Below, one piece after another: positions 9,380 to 18,234 of a DNA stretch of 64,000 nt (position 1 is its first letter; each line of letters starts with the position of its first letter). This DNA comes from Gammaproteobacteria bacterium (lineage in GTDB: Bacteria; Pseudomonadota; Gammaproteobacteria; G965277405). The stretch spans positions 160,001 through 224,000 of the forward strand of contig OZ255726.1 in assembly GCA_965277405.1 (NCBI GenBank). Direction: 5' to 3'. A model generated the notes under the pieces. The model was not told where the DNA came from. It saw only the letters and a program-made list of their open reading frames with translations, and searched no databases. A program made the translations under genes and the position numbers.

Positions 9380-10868
9380 TTGTGTTATCGGCATCGACCT
9401 TGGTGCAAGTGCCATGAAAGCCTGCGTGCTTAACGCCAATTCCTTACAAATTATTGCCACAGCATCCCACCAAATCACCACCACTTTTCCCCAGCAATGG
9501 TACGCAGAACAAGACGCCCATCAATGGATCACCGCATTTGTGAGTGTCTGCCAGCAACTACAACCATTATGGCAACACCATACTCCACACATGCTGTCAA
9601 TCAGCGCAGGTACCCACAGCGTTGTACCTGTCAATGCGGCATTCGAGCCAATTGCAGCTGCAATTATGTGGAATGACCAACGCAGCATAGCGCAAACCAA
9701 CAACCTCACCAACCTGCAACAACAAGCTATTATTGCGGCAACATTCAACCGCTGCGCGCCAACATGGACAGTCTCGATGTTGCGCTGGTATGGCGAGCAT
9801 CAACCCGATATTATTGCCGATGCTGTGTATTTTTTAGCCCCGAAAGATTTTCTTAAACTCTGGTGCACTGGCGAACTCAGCACCGATCCTTCCGATGCAA
9901 CTGGCACTTTATTACGCAATTTTTCTGACCTCACATGGAATGATGACTGCATCGCGCTGGCAGGCATTCAACGCAGCCAACTCCCAACAATTCAACACGC
10001 AACAACTGTCAATGCAACAATTCACAACAACGCAGCGCACGCGACTGGGCTGCCGCAGCAATTAGCCGTATGCGTTGGTGCGATAGACACCAATGTCGAG
10101 CTGATATCGGCAGGCTGCATCACAGCGGGCGATACAGTATTCAAACTTGCCTCTGCTGGTGTCGTCTCGCAACTAAATAACGCAGCAAAGCCGTTGCCAC
10201 CGCTGTCATGCTATCCATTTTATTTTAGCGCAGGCGACACAAACATGGGGTATTACGCAGGCGGAACTAATACCTGTATGGGTTCCTTGGCATGGATGCG
10301 TAACTTGTTTGGTGTTGGGATTGACCAAGCAAACACCATCGCCGCAGCAGCACCAGTCGGCAGCAATGATCTATTATTTTATCCCTATTTACTCGGCGAA
10401 CGCGCCCCACTTTGGGATAGCAACGCCACCGGTGGCTGGGTTGGTTTGCGCATTACCCACACCCAAGCTGACATGGTGCGTGCAGTATATGAAGGCGTAG
10501 CATGCTCGCTATATCACATTACTAACAGCTATCAACTACCGATTCAGTCAATGCGCATTGTCGGTGGCGGCAGCGCCAGCGCGCTACTCTGCCAGATATT
10601 GGTTGATATATGTGGGGTTGATGCAACCGTGCCAATCCATAACGACGCCTCGGTAGGCTCTGCTCTGCTGGCATTGGCTGCGGCAAAGCTAGCAACACCT
10701 GCCCACACAACTCAGTCTCAAGCGACCCCATGGCAGGCAATAGCTGCGCGCTTTCAAACAGTCCACCCTGCGCTTGCTTACACCAGCAACAGCGCACACC
10801 ATCGGCAATACCAAGCAATTTATGCCCGCTACCAACAGCATGCGGCGGCTGTTGCTGCCGCGCATTGA
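9372..10868 (+). CDS. FGGY-family carbohydrate kinase (xylulokinase-like)
   Basis: IGIDLGAS, AIMWNDQRS, STDPSDATGT, YPYLLGERAPLWD, RAVYEGVA, IVGGGSAS. Confidence 0.85.
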   Translation: MSNCVIGIDLGASAMKACVLNANSLQIIATASHQITTTFPQQWYAEQDAHQWITAFVSVCQQLQPLWQHHTPHMLSISAGTHSVVPVNAAFEPIAAAIMWNDQRSIAQTNNLTNLQQQAIIAATFNRCAPTWTVSMLRWYGEHQPDIIADAVYFLAPKDFLKLWCTGELSTDPSDATGTLLRNFSDLTWNDDCIALAGIQRSQLPTIQHATTVNATIHNNAAHATGLPQQLAVCVGAIDTNVELISAGCITAGDTVFKLASAGVVSQLNNAAKPLPPLSCYPFYFSAGDTNMGYYAGGTNTCMGSLAWMRNLFGVGIDQANTIAAAAPVGSNDLLFYPYLLGERAPLWDSNATGGWVGLRITHTQADMVRAVYEGVACSLYHITNSYQLPIQSMRIVGGGSASALLCQILVDICGVDATVPIHNDASVGSALLALAAAKLATPAHTTQSQATPWQAIAARFQTVHPALAYTSNSAHHRQYQAIYARYQQHAAAVAAAH

Positions 10869-10873
10869 CTTAA

Positions 10874-10917
10874 GGAGTCGATGATGGGCGAGACGGAGCA
10901 AAATAATGATGATAACT
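10874..10917 (+). mobile_element. MITE-A left-end remnant
   Basis: GATGATGGGCGAGACGGAGCAAAA matches MITE-A subterminal sequence. Confidence 0.7.
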
Positions 10918-11044
10918 TTAACTCAAACTCATTAAATGGGAAAATAGCTTTGTCTTCCTCAATTGTTGTTAAAACTCGGTCGAATTCCTCTTGTGTTCCA
11001 GAAAAAGCATCACAAATTTTATTTTTTAATTCTAAAAGATCCAT
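10918..11044 (-). pseudogene. N-terminal stub of the gene coupled to the methyltransferase (probable restriction endonuclease), truncated at MITE
   Basis: MDLLELKNKI...DKAIFPFNEFE starts overlapping MTase stop, same low GC, then runs into MITE remnant. Confidence 0.5.
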
Positions 11045-12671
11045 TAGAACTCTCAATTATATTTAAATATGAATAAAGCTTATTTTCAGTGGGGTGTTGT
11101 GTTGCACTAAAAAATTCATGAAAGATAGGAAGATTTTCAAGGTCTGAGCGCAGCACCTTATGGGTATCGAAGATTTTTCTAAAAACCCAATTCATCAGTC
11201 TTGTATTTAGTAACCATGCAAGATTTGTATGTGATACACCAAAATCACTATTTAATACCAGCGCGTTAGCACTATTTAGAAATAGTGTCGATTTTGTGTC
11301 GTGATGGAAAATTAGCTTAGCCGAAATGAATCTATATATGAGCTTTTCTGGTGCTTGATATATATCATATGGAGCAACTTGTTGATACAAACACAGGTTG
11401 CTTGGAATGAAATATTTTGGTGCTGGTAGTGTTCCATACACAATTTGCGAACCTTTATAAACAGGAATGTGATTTTTTTCGTGATAAGTCTTGACATACT
11501 TTTTGTTGTTTCCTGTTACTATGCCTAGCCCCCATTTTGCATTTCCGTCAAGGGTTAAGTGGGGGATGCCATATAGGTGGCTGACAGTGTCAGCATCCAC
11601 GTGAGTACATTCAAAATTAAAGATATGCTTAGGATTTTTTAGAAAAGAATGCTGACTACGAAAATGCGTGCCATTAGCCGTGGCGCATACAATATTGTTG
11701 TCAATAGGTGGGATGTCATGTTTGCGAAAAACGACACCTTTAGCCTTTGTTAATAGCCCTTGAAAGGGTTTACCAAAATCGATAAATCCAAGTATATGTT
11801 GATTTGACACTAATTCTCGTGTCGTTCTAAAAGTTGATATATTGAAGAAAGCGTCTGGAAGCAACATGCCGATTATTCCATTGGTTGATACTTTTAACAG
11901 TGCTGCGCGCAGGAATAGTGCGGATGTGTCAGTGCTTTTTGAACAGTTAAATGCCTTAGAAAATAATTGTTTTTGCACAATAGTGAGTTTCTTACCCCAA
12001 GGTGGATTGGTTAGGATAACGTCAAAAACAGCAAATTCAGAGTTTTGTTGCATAATCACATCGGCGAGGAAATCGACGGTATAGACATTGTTAGAGTCAA
12101 GATTAGTCCAGTGTTTGAAACGAGCTCTTGTTATTGCGACGGCGACGGGGTCAATGTCAAACCCATAAATATTTTTAGGCAAAAAACCACGAGCTAACGC
12201 AGCAATAATGAAGTTACCAGAACCACAACACGGGTCACAGAATATTAAATGTGATACATCGCCTTTAATATATGCAAAGAAACGTGCAACAATGTCAGCA
12301 GGGGTATAGTAAATAGCCTCTTTGTTCCGATAGGAATTAGCAAGAGACGTTTCATAAGCAGTGCCGATATTGTCAAAATCTAGCGATTCATAATGTTTTA
12401 CACGGTTTAGAAAACTGGCTTGAACAGTACTGTGATCATGGCTATCAAAATTAGATTTATTAGCGCGGGCGATGAGCTTTTCAGTCCCAACGATTGATGC
12501 CTTAAATATATCAAAAGAAGAACGTGAAATATATGACCCGTTAATGGCTTCAAGATAACCAGCTTTTACCCAGTTGCGCACAGACGCCGTAGCAACCTGG
12601 AGCGCGTCTGCTACAGCAGCGATAGTCATTGTGTTAGCAGGCGGTAATTCGAAAGATAGTTGGGACGACAT
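11019..12671 (-). CDS. N6-adenine DNA methyltransferase (gamma class, TaqI/Eco57I-like) with N-terminal HTH
   Basis: YYTP, motif I DPCCGSGNF, GFDID, motif IV NPPW, TaqI-C-like TRD (KLIYRFIS); N-terminal VADALQVATASVRNWVKAG HTH. Confidence 0.88.
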   Translation of the reverse strand: MSSQLSFELPPANTMTIAAVADALQVATASVRNWVKAGYLEAINGSYISRSSFDIFKASIVGTEKLIARANKSNFDSHDHSTVQASFLNRVKHYESLDFDNIGTAYETSLANSYRNKEAIYYTPADIVARFFAYIKGDVSHLIFCDPCCGSGNFIIAALARGFLPKNIYGFDIDPVAVAITRARFKHWTNLDSNNVYTVDFLADVIMQQNSEFAVFDVILTNPPWGKKLTIVQKQLFSKAFNCSKSTDTSALFLRAALLKVSTNGIIGMLLPDAFFNISTFRTTRELVSNQHILGFIDFGKPFQGLLTKAKGVVFRKHDIPPIDNNIVCATANGTHFRSQHSFLKNPKHIFNFECTHVDADTVSHLYGIPHLTLDGNAKWGLGIVTGNNKKYVKTYHEKNHIPVYKGSQIVYGTLPAPKYFIPSNLCLYQQVAPYDIYQAPEKLIYRFISAKLIFHHDTKSTLFLNSANALVLNSDFGVSHTNLAWLLNTRLMNWVFRKIFDTHKVLRSDLENLPIFHEFFSATQHPTENKLYSYLNIIESSNGSFRIKK

Positions 12672-12732
12672 CTGCAATATTCCGTATTAACGCGTCGGCT
12701 TTAGATGGTGATGATTAAAACGCATATTTGAT

Positions 12733-12977
12733 GAAGCGCTGATAAAGTTGTTGATGAAGCGAGTTTGCCTGAAATTGCCGCAAACCAAAAGTATAATGAA
12801 CAGGATATTGAACACAGCGACGGGGGAAAACGCTGCGCTGCGTCGTCGCAGCACTTGATAATACCCACAAGACCCACAAAACCCACAAGACCCACCAGTG
12901 TTATCTGCGCACTGCGCTTAAGTTTCATCGAGGGTTGTTTCTCCGTCTCGCCCGTCATGGACTTAGTCAGAGCTTCC
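12733..12977 (-). mobile_element. MITE-A copy, internally deleted, three 9-bp loop repeats
   Basis: Ends GACTTAGTCAGAGCTTCC; contains ACCCACAAG-ACCCACAAA-ACCCACAAG. Confidence 0.85.
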
Positions 12978-13002
12978 TTATGGATAGTTGCAAATCAAAC
13001 AA

Positions 13003-14052
13003 CTACTCTGGGCTGCTATACCAAGTTGCACGAGCCCTACCATGTCGAGCTAATAAACCCTGCTCTACCAACTGGGACAGTCTGTTTTTAAGCGTTGCTC
13101 TGGATACGCTATCGATGATATTTTCGGCATTTTTTATCGTAATACGGTGGTGTTCGTCTACATATTGCATGATGACCATACTCTCATAAGGAAGCGTAAA
13201 GTATTTATCTGCAGCATGTGTTTTTGCTAACAAGTGGTCTTTTTGCCGTTTTAAAGAATTGAGAAAAAAACGCATCCATGGTAGCCAGTCAGTTTTTTTA
13301 TTTTTTAAGGTTCTTTGAGTTCTTTGCAAAGAGAGATAATATGCATCTTTGTTCTTCTCCACAATGCTCTCAAGTGAGCTATACGGAATATAGCTGTAGC
13401 CAGCTTTCATCAATAAGAGGCTAATTAAAACACGAGATAATCGACCATTTCCATCCTGAAAAGGGTGGATTGCCAAAAAAATAACATTAAATACAGCAAC
13501 GACTATCAGAGGGTGATAACTTTTATCTGCGAGTGTTTCTCTCGTCCAACTAAGCAAATCCTGCATTTCCTTTGGAGTATCAAAAGGAAAGCTGGTTTTA
13601 AACACAATACCAAGGCTTTTTCCATCAGGATCAAAGGCTTCAACGTTATTAGAGTGTTTTTTGTACTCGCCACGATGCCAAACATCTTGTTGCGAATGTC
13701 TGAGAAGCGTGGAGTGGAGTTGTTTGATGTAGTTTTCAGTGAGTGGGATGTCTGCATAATTTTCAAATACCATTGCCAGCGTTTCTGCATAACCTGCTAC
13801 TTCCTGTTCATCACGAGTGAGGAACGATGCCTTGCCAACATTGCCAAGAAGTTCTTCAATTTGACGGTTTTCTAACTGAGAACCTTCAATCCGAGTAGAA
13901 GAACCAATACTTTCAATAGTAGCAACATGGTTAATAACCTTTAAACGTTCAGGGGTTAGGTTGTTGCATGCTTGCCAACTGCCCTTAAATTCATCAATTT
14001 CGGTAATGAGACGGAGCAGTTCAGGAGTAATGGTTAATGATGTGATATTCAT
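13003..14052 (-). CDS. Fic family protein (class II, N-terminal inhibitory motif) with C-terminal HTH
   Basis: HPFQDGNGRLSR Fic motif; SSTRIEG inhibitory helix; C-terminal winged HTH. Confidence 0.92.
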   Translation of the reverse strand: MNITSLTITPELLRLITEIDEFKGSWQACNNLTPERLKVINHVATIESIGSSTRIEGSQLENRQIEELLGNVGKASFLTRDEQEVAGYAETLAMVFENYADIPLTENYIKQLHSTLLRHSQQDVWHRGEYKKHSNNVEAFDPDGKSLGIVFKTSFPFDTPKEMQDLLSWTRETLADKSYHPLIVVAVFNVIFLAIHPFQDGNGRLSRVLISLLLMKAGYSYIPYSSLESIVEKNKDAYYLSLQRTQRTLKNKKTDWLPWMRFFLNSLKRQKDHLLAKTHAADKYFTLPYESMVIMQYVDEHHRITIKNAENIIDSVSRATLKNRLSQLVEQGLLARHGRARATWYSSPE

Positions 14053-14080
14053 GATAGCTTAGCTTATTCAACACACTTAT

Positions 14081-14403
14081 GGAACCGCTGATTAACTCGC
14101 TGATGCGGCGAGTTTGCCTGCAATTGCTGATGATTGCTAGGCGCAAACCGCTGAGCACATGACCTAACTACACGCCAAGCGATGCAACACTGCAGGCGTA
14201 AGCAATTACCGCTAACCATAAGTATATTGAAAGGGGACGGGGGAAAACGCTGCGCTGCGTCGTCGCAGCACTTGATAATACCCACAAGACCCACAAGACC
14301 CACAATACCACCCACAATACCCACCAGTAATATCTGCGTACTGCGCTTGTTATCATCATATTGTTGCTACGTCTTGCCCATCATGGAATTAATCAGCGGC
14401 TAC
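14081..14403 (-). mobile_element. MITE-A copy with expanded loop repeat, TTAT duplication
   Basis: Degenerate TIRs; TTAT at 14077-14080 and 14404-14407; 4-5 CCCACAA units. Confidence 0.88.
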
Positions 14404-14613
14404 TTATCCAATTATATCCAATACACGGTTTTTTTGTCCAATACATGTTGGTTTTCGTATCCGGCCTTATTGACTTGAGGGCAGGTATATTTTTGCGTGT
14501 TTTCAGTTCTGTTTGTTGGTGCAGGCTGTTTACAGTTGCCAACGACCGCAGCTTTGACAGATGTTGTGTTCACAGCGGGGCATTTTGCACGCCAGCAATG
14601 CTGTTGCATTGAC

Positions 14614-15609
14614 TTATCTACCTCTCAGTTTCTTGTTACGACGCGCGATGAGTGCTGCGGTTGCCTCTGCTGATCCATCATGAAATGAGCCAAACCATTT
14701 ATCGAGTGGGATAACGCCATCAGCAAAATTTACGTCAAAATATCGATGATGCAAATAATGCGCGTAATACGGTAAGAAAAAACTTTTCTTCCCAGCAACT
14801 ACGACCCGCTCAAACCCTGTATGACCTATTGCGGGTGATAGCCCTGCCAGTACACCAAGACTTAAAAAGTGGATTGGATGCGCAGGGATGAGCCAAAGCA
14901 AGGCAAAACCAGAAAAATACAACAGATGCTCAAGAGGATGCATCGATAACCCCGACCATGGCGCTGGGTTTATATTGTTATGGTGGAGCTTATGCGCAAG
15001 TTTATACAGCGGTGCCCAGTGCAGTAAGCGATGGACGCAAAAAAAATGACACTCGTGCAGCATTGGCACCAGCAACAACAGTAATACGCAGTAGATTGGG
15101 TGTTCTGCAAAACTGAGGCTGGCGACATTGCCATTGGCATACAGCCATAATGAAGTTATTTCCCACGCGCTCCAAATAGGTACGCCGCTGGCAAATGTCC
15201 AAAATATATTCTCTTTATTTTGGCTTTTGAACATAAACACCGCGCTGTTGGTTTTTGGCCATTGGCGGTTGTATTTAAAAGCAGTCGCTTGGCTACGGCG
15301 AGTATACAGCCAAAAATTCCACGAACCGACGACTAACAGCGTCAGAGCCATATTGCGGAATACAATCAACACCATCCAACTGACAGAGTCTGCAAGAATT
15401 GTGGCAACACTCGGCGTTAAGTAATGCCAAATCAATAATGCCAAACCAGCATACAGCAGCGTCCAAGGAAAAAAATACGTCGGCAGCCATTGCAGCAAAG
15501 CCATCAACTTTGGCGGCCATATAAAAACAGGTGGGTATGCAATCCGTTGGTGCGGTGTCCAATAGCCGCGGCGGGTTTCTTTGCCGTAATCGTTGTCATT
15601 TAAGGGCAT
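14614..15609 (-). CDS. Sterol desaturase / fatty-acid hydroxylase family protein
   Basis: His boxes HECHFFCVHRLLH, HKLHH, HPLE, GHTG, HYLHH. Confidence 0.85.
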   Translation of the reverse strand: MPLNDNDYGKETRRGYWTPHQRIAYPPVFIWPPKLMALLQWLPTYFFPWTLLYAGLALLIWHYLTPSVATILADSVSWMVLIVFRNMALTLLVVGSWNFWLYTRRSQATAFKYNRQWPKTNSAVFMFKSQNKENIFWTFASGVPIWSAWEITSLWLYANGNVASLSFAEHPIYCVLLLLLVPMLHECHFFCVHRLLHWAPLYKLAHKLHHNNINPAPWSGLSMHPLEHLLYFSGFALLWLIPAHPIHFLSLGVLAGLSPAIGHTGFERVVVAGKKSFFLPYYAHYLHHRYFDVNFADGVIPLDKWFGSFHDGSAEATAALIARRNKKLRGR

Positions 15610-15640
15610 TGGCTTCTCTGTATATCATTCGTTGGGATGT

Positions 15641-15664
15641 GGTTTCATAAAATATTCATAATTT
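15641..15664 (+). promoter_or_regulatory. Pho-box-like direct repeat
   Basis: GGTTTCATAAAATATTCATAA: two TCAT cores 11 bp apart, conserved in the copy upstream of phoX. Confidence 0.55.
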
Positions 15665-15767
15665 ATAGGGTTTTATATCCAAACTACAGTTGCTAGAAAG
15701 TAGTTGTGCAAACACTGGCGGCGGTAAATAGTTATTAGGGGTTTACCTCCAAGCAGGCGTTTGATTT

Positions 15768-15815
15768 TTCACCCACATATTCACCCACATATTCACCCAC
15801 ATATTCACCCACATA
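15768..15815 (+). repeat. 12-bp tandem repeat x4 (TTCACCCACATA)
   Basis: Four perfect units just upstream of mini-phoX ATG. Confidence 0.95.
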
Positions 15816-15827
15816 AAAGTGCAAAAC

Positions 15828-16133
15828 ATGACAGCAGACAATCCAGTGGTAGCAGTTAATAATGAATACATCAACCTTGAGTCTGTATCTCCAACCACCA
15901 AAGTGGCAAGCGAGGATGATATACAAAAACGCAAAACTGGAAATAGCCAAACGCCATGGGGTATTTACCTTACATGTGCAGAGAATTGCAACGGTTATTT
16001 TGCCTGCGGTGATAGCTACTATACACCAACAGCGATGCATTACCGTGATGAAGTTCGCGCAACAAGCTTAGATCATCGAGCGTGGCTAGCTGCATTGCCG
16101 CAATTGAATCCACCTATCTCAATTTGCACATAG
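15828..16133 (+). pseudogene. Internally deleted phoX relic kept as one open frame (101 aa)
   Basis: Three blocks match the PhoX at 21811: VVAVNNEYIN...KVASEDD; GNSQTPWGIYLTCAEN...YTPTAMH; VRATSLDHRAWLAALP...CT. Confidence 0.88.
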
Positions 16134-16135
16134 CC

Positions 16136-17275
16136 ATGGCTAAGATAACGCTTGCAAACATCAGCAAAAGCTATCGCGATGCACGAGTATTAAAAGGAAT
16201 AAATCTAGATATTGCTGATGGAGAATTTCTAACGCTGGTTGGGCCGTCTGGCTGTGGTAAATCAACCTTGTTGCGTATCATCGCCGGGCTAGATAGTCAG
16301 GATGGCGGGGATGTGCTCATCGACGGAAGTATTGCGAATAACACCAAAGCTTGCGAACGTGACTTGTCAATGGTTTTTCAATCGTATGCGCTTTACCCTC
16401 ATTTATCCGTGCGTAAAAATATGGAAACTCCTCTAAAGCTGCGTGATTTGAGCATAGGGGAGCGCTTGCCGTGTATCAGATCATTGATTCCTAAAAGGCG
16501 GGCAAAGATTGGCAAAATACAGCAGATTGTAGCTGAAGTCTCTGCCACATTAAAAATTGATCACTTGTTGGAGCGTAAGCCAGGGCAATTATCTGGTGGG
16601 CAGCGTCAGCGGGTTGCCTTGGGTCGTGCGATGGTGCGTAAACCTGTTGCTTTCTTAATGGATGAGCCTTTATCCAATCTGGATGCGACTCTGCGGATAC
16701 ATATGCGCGCAGAATTGGCGGAACTCCATCAGAAGCTTGGCGTTACATTTATATATGTTACCCATGATCAGGCAGAAGCATTAACGATGTCTGATCGGAT
16801 GGCGGTAATGATGGACGGGCAAATTCTGCAATTGGGTACGCCAGATGAAATTTATAAAACCCCAATAGACAGAACGGTCGCCGAATTTGTTGGCAGCCCT
16901 AAAATAAATCTCTTCCCTGCCGATGTTGATAATTATGGTGTTGTAACTGCGTATGGTGTCTCCTTACAGCGGCAAGTCGCTGCAACATCATGCAAAGCTG
17001 TTGTTGGGGTCAGGCCCGAACATTTGCAATTGGTTGCAGCTACAACGGATAATGAACATTGGTCTTTTCATATCATCCATAAAGAAAACTTAGGGTCTGA
17101 TTTTTTTCTTCATGGTCATATAAATGGGTCAAAAGTTCGTACGGTCGCACGAGTTACACCACACAACGCTGCGAAATTAACAATAGGTTCTGAAGTTTTC
17201 CTACAAGCAGTGCCGAACAGTGCGCTTGTTTTTGGTGAAGATGACCGACGTCTACAATTTCGCGATTTACACTAA
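16136..17275 (+). CDS. CUT1 ABC transporter ATP-binding protein (UgpC/MalK-like)
   Basis: GPSGCGKS, VFQSYALYPH, LSGGQRQRVALGR, MDEPLSNLD, TOBE tail. Confidence 0.92.
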   Translation: MAKITLANISKSYRDARVLKGINLDIADGEFLTLVGPSGCGKSTLLRIIAGLDSQDGGDVLIDGSIANNTKACERDLSMVFQSYALYPHLSVRKNMETPLKLRDLSIGERLPCIRSLIPKRRAKIGKIQQIVAEVSATLKIDHLLERKPGQLSGGQRQRVALGRAMVRKPVAFLMDEPLSNLDATLRIHMRAELAELHQKLGVTFIYVTHDQAEALTMSDRMAVMMDGQILQLGTPDEIYKTPIDRTVAEFVGSPKINLFPADVDNYGVVTAYGVSLQRQVAATSCKAVVGVRPEHLQLVAATTDNEHWSFHIIHKENLGSDFFLHGHINGSKVRTVARVTPHNAAKLTIGSEVFLQAVPNSALVFGEDDRRLQFRDLH

Positions 17276-18234
17276 TGGCTCAACACCGTAGTAGTGCCGG
17301 ATACTGGTTTATTGCCCCCGCCTGTTTACTGATGATTATCATATTGTTCATTCCGGTTGTATGTGCAGCAACCCTTTCCTTTAGCAACTATTCCCTTGGT
17401 AATACCTCGTTTAACTGGGTTGGTTTGAAAAATTATGCGCAATTATTGAACCACTCTAGCTATAGCAAAATGATGATCGCCAGCTTTACTTACGTCATAA
17501 TTGTTGTTCCGTTGTCTATTGGTCTGGGGCTTGGGGCAGCATTGCTTATCAATTCACTCAAGCGGTTTGGTGATTTGTATAAAACGATCTATTTCCTGCC
17601 TGTAATGGCAACTTTAATGGTCATGGCAATTGTTTGGGAATTTTCCCTTCATCCAACAATCGGCATCGTTAATAAAACATTAGCCCTTGGTTGCGACACC
17701 AACTTTGAAACGTTTGTCAGCTTGGCGTGGCTACCTTGGTCTGATGGCGCAAAAAACTGGTATGCCAGTAGCTGTGAAAATGGGTTTCCACTGTGGTTTG
17801 GCGATAAATATTATACGATGAGTGCGGTTGCATTCATCGGTATTTGGCAAGGATTCGGTTTTAACATGGTGCTGTATCTGGCGGGGTTAACTTCTGTACC
17901 GCGCGAACTATATCATGCAGCCGCAATGGATGGCGCGATTAGTGGCTGGCATCGTTTTCATTTGGTCACTTGGCCGCTATTAGGGCCAACAACCGTTTTT
18001 GTTGTCACAATTACAACTATACGTTCTTTTCAAGTTTTTGATACGGTTGAAGCTATTACTCGCGGCGGACCTGCCAAAAGCACATATGTCATGATGTATG
18101 CTATTTATGAAAAAGGGGTGCAACAAAACCTTATCGGCTTGGGGTCGGCAATTACGATTGTGTTTCTGGGATTTGTGTTGTTCCTCACCCTACTGCAACG
18201 CCATTTGATTGAAAAAAAGGTGCATTACGCATGA
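17275..18234 (+). CDS. CUT1 ABC transporter permease (UgpA-like)
   Basis: EAA-like loop ELYHAAAMDGA, multiple TM helices. Confidence 0.9.
   Translation: MAQHRSSAGYWFIAPACLLMIIILFIPVVCAATLSFSNYSLGNTSFNWVGLKNYAQLLNHSSYSKMMIASFTYVIIVVPLSIGLGLGAALLINSLKRFGDLYKTIYFLPVMATLMVMAIVWEFSLHPTIGIVNKTLALGCDTNFETFVSLAWLPWSDGAKNWYASSCENGFPLWFGDKYYTMSAVAFIGIWQGFGFNMVLYLAGLTSVPRELYHAAAMDGAISGWHRFHLVTWPLLGPTTVFVVTITTIRSFQVFDTVEAITRGGPAKSTYVMMYAIYEKGVQQNLIGLGSAITIVFLGFVLFLTLLQRHLIEKKVHYA

Larger units (their letters stand above)
15501..15835 (+). repeat. Duplicated segment copy A (desaturase 5' end + intergenic promoter + phoX start); copy B at ~21519-21820
   Basis: Colinear similarity, e.g. GTAATCGTTGTCATTTA, CATTCGTTGGGATGTGGTTTCATAAAA, TTTTATATCCAAACTACAG, CAAACACTG, CGTTTGATTTTT. 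Confidence 0.88.

Noticed and set aside
12862-12895. Short repeats (ACCCACAAG)n and recurring MITE segments as a CRISPR array
   Set aside because: Units are contiguous without unique spacers, larger repeats are dispersed, and no cas genes are present
10874-14403. Integron cassette array with attC sites
   Set aside because: Spacers have IS5-type TIRs and 4-bp duplications rather than RYYYAAC/GTTRRRY ends; no integron integrase in the window
15828-16133. Diversity-generating retroelement template/variable repeat pair with phoX
   Set aside because: Differences from phoX are not adenine-specific and no reverse transcriptase is present
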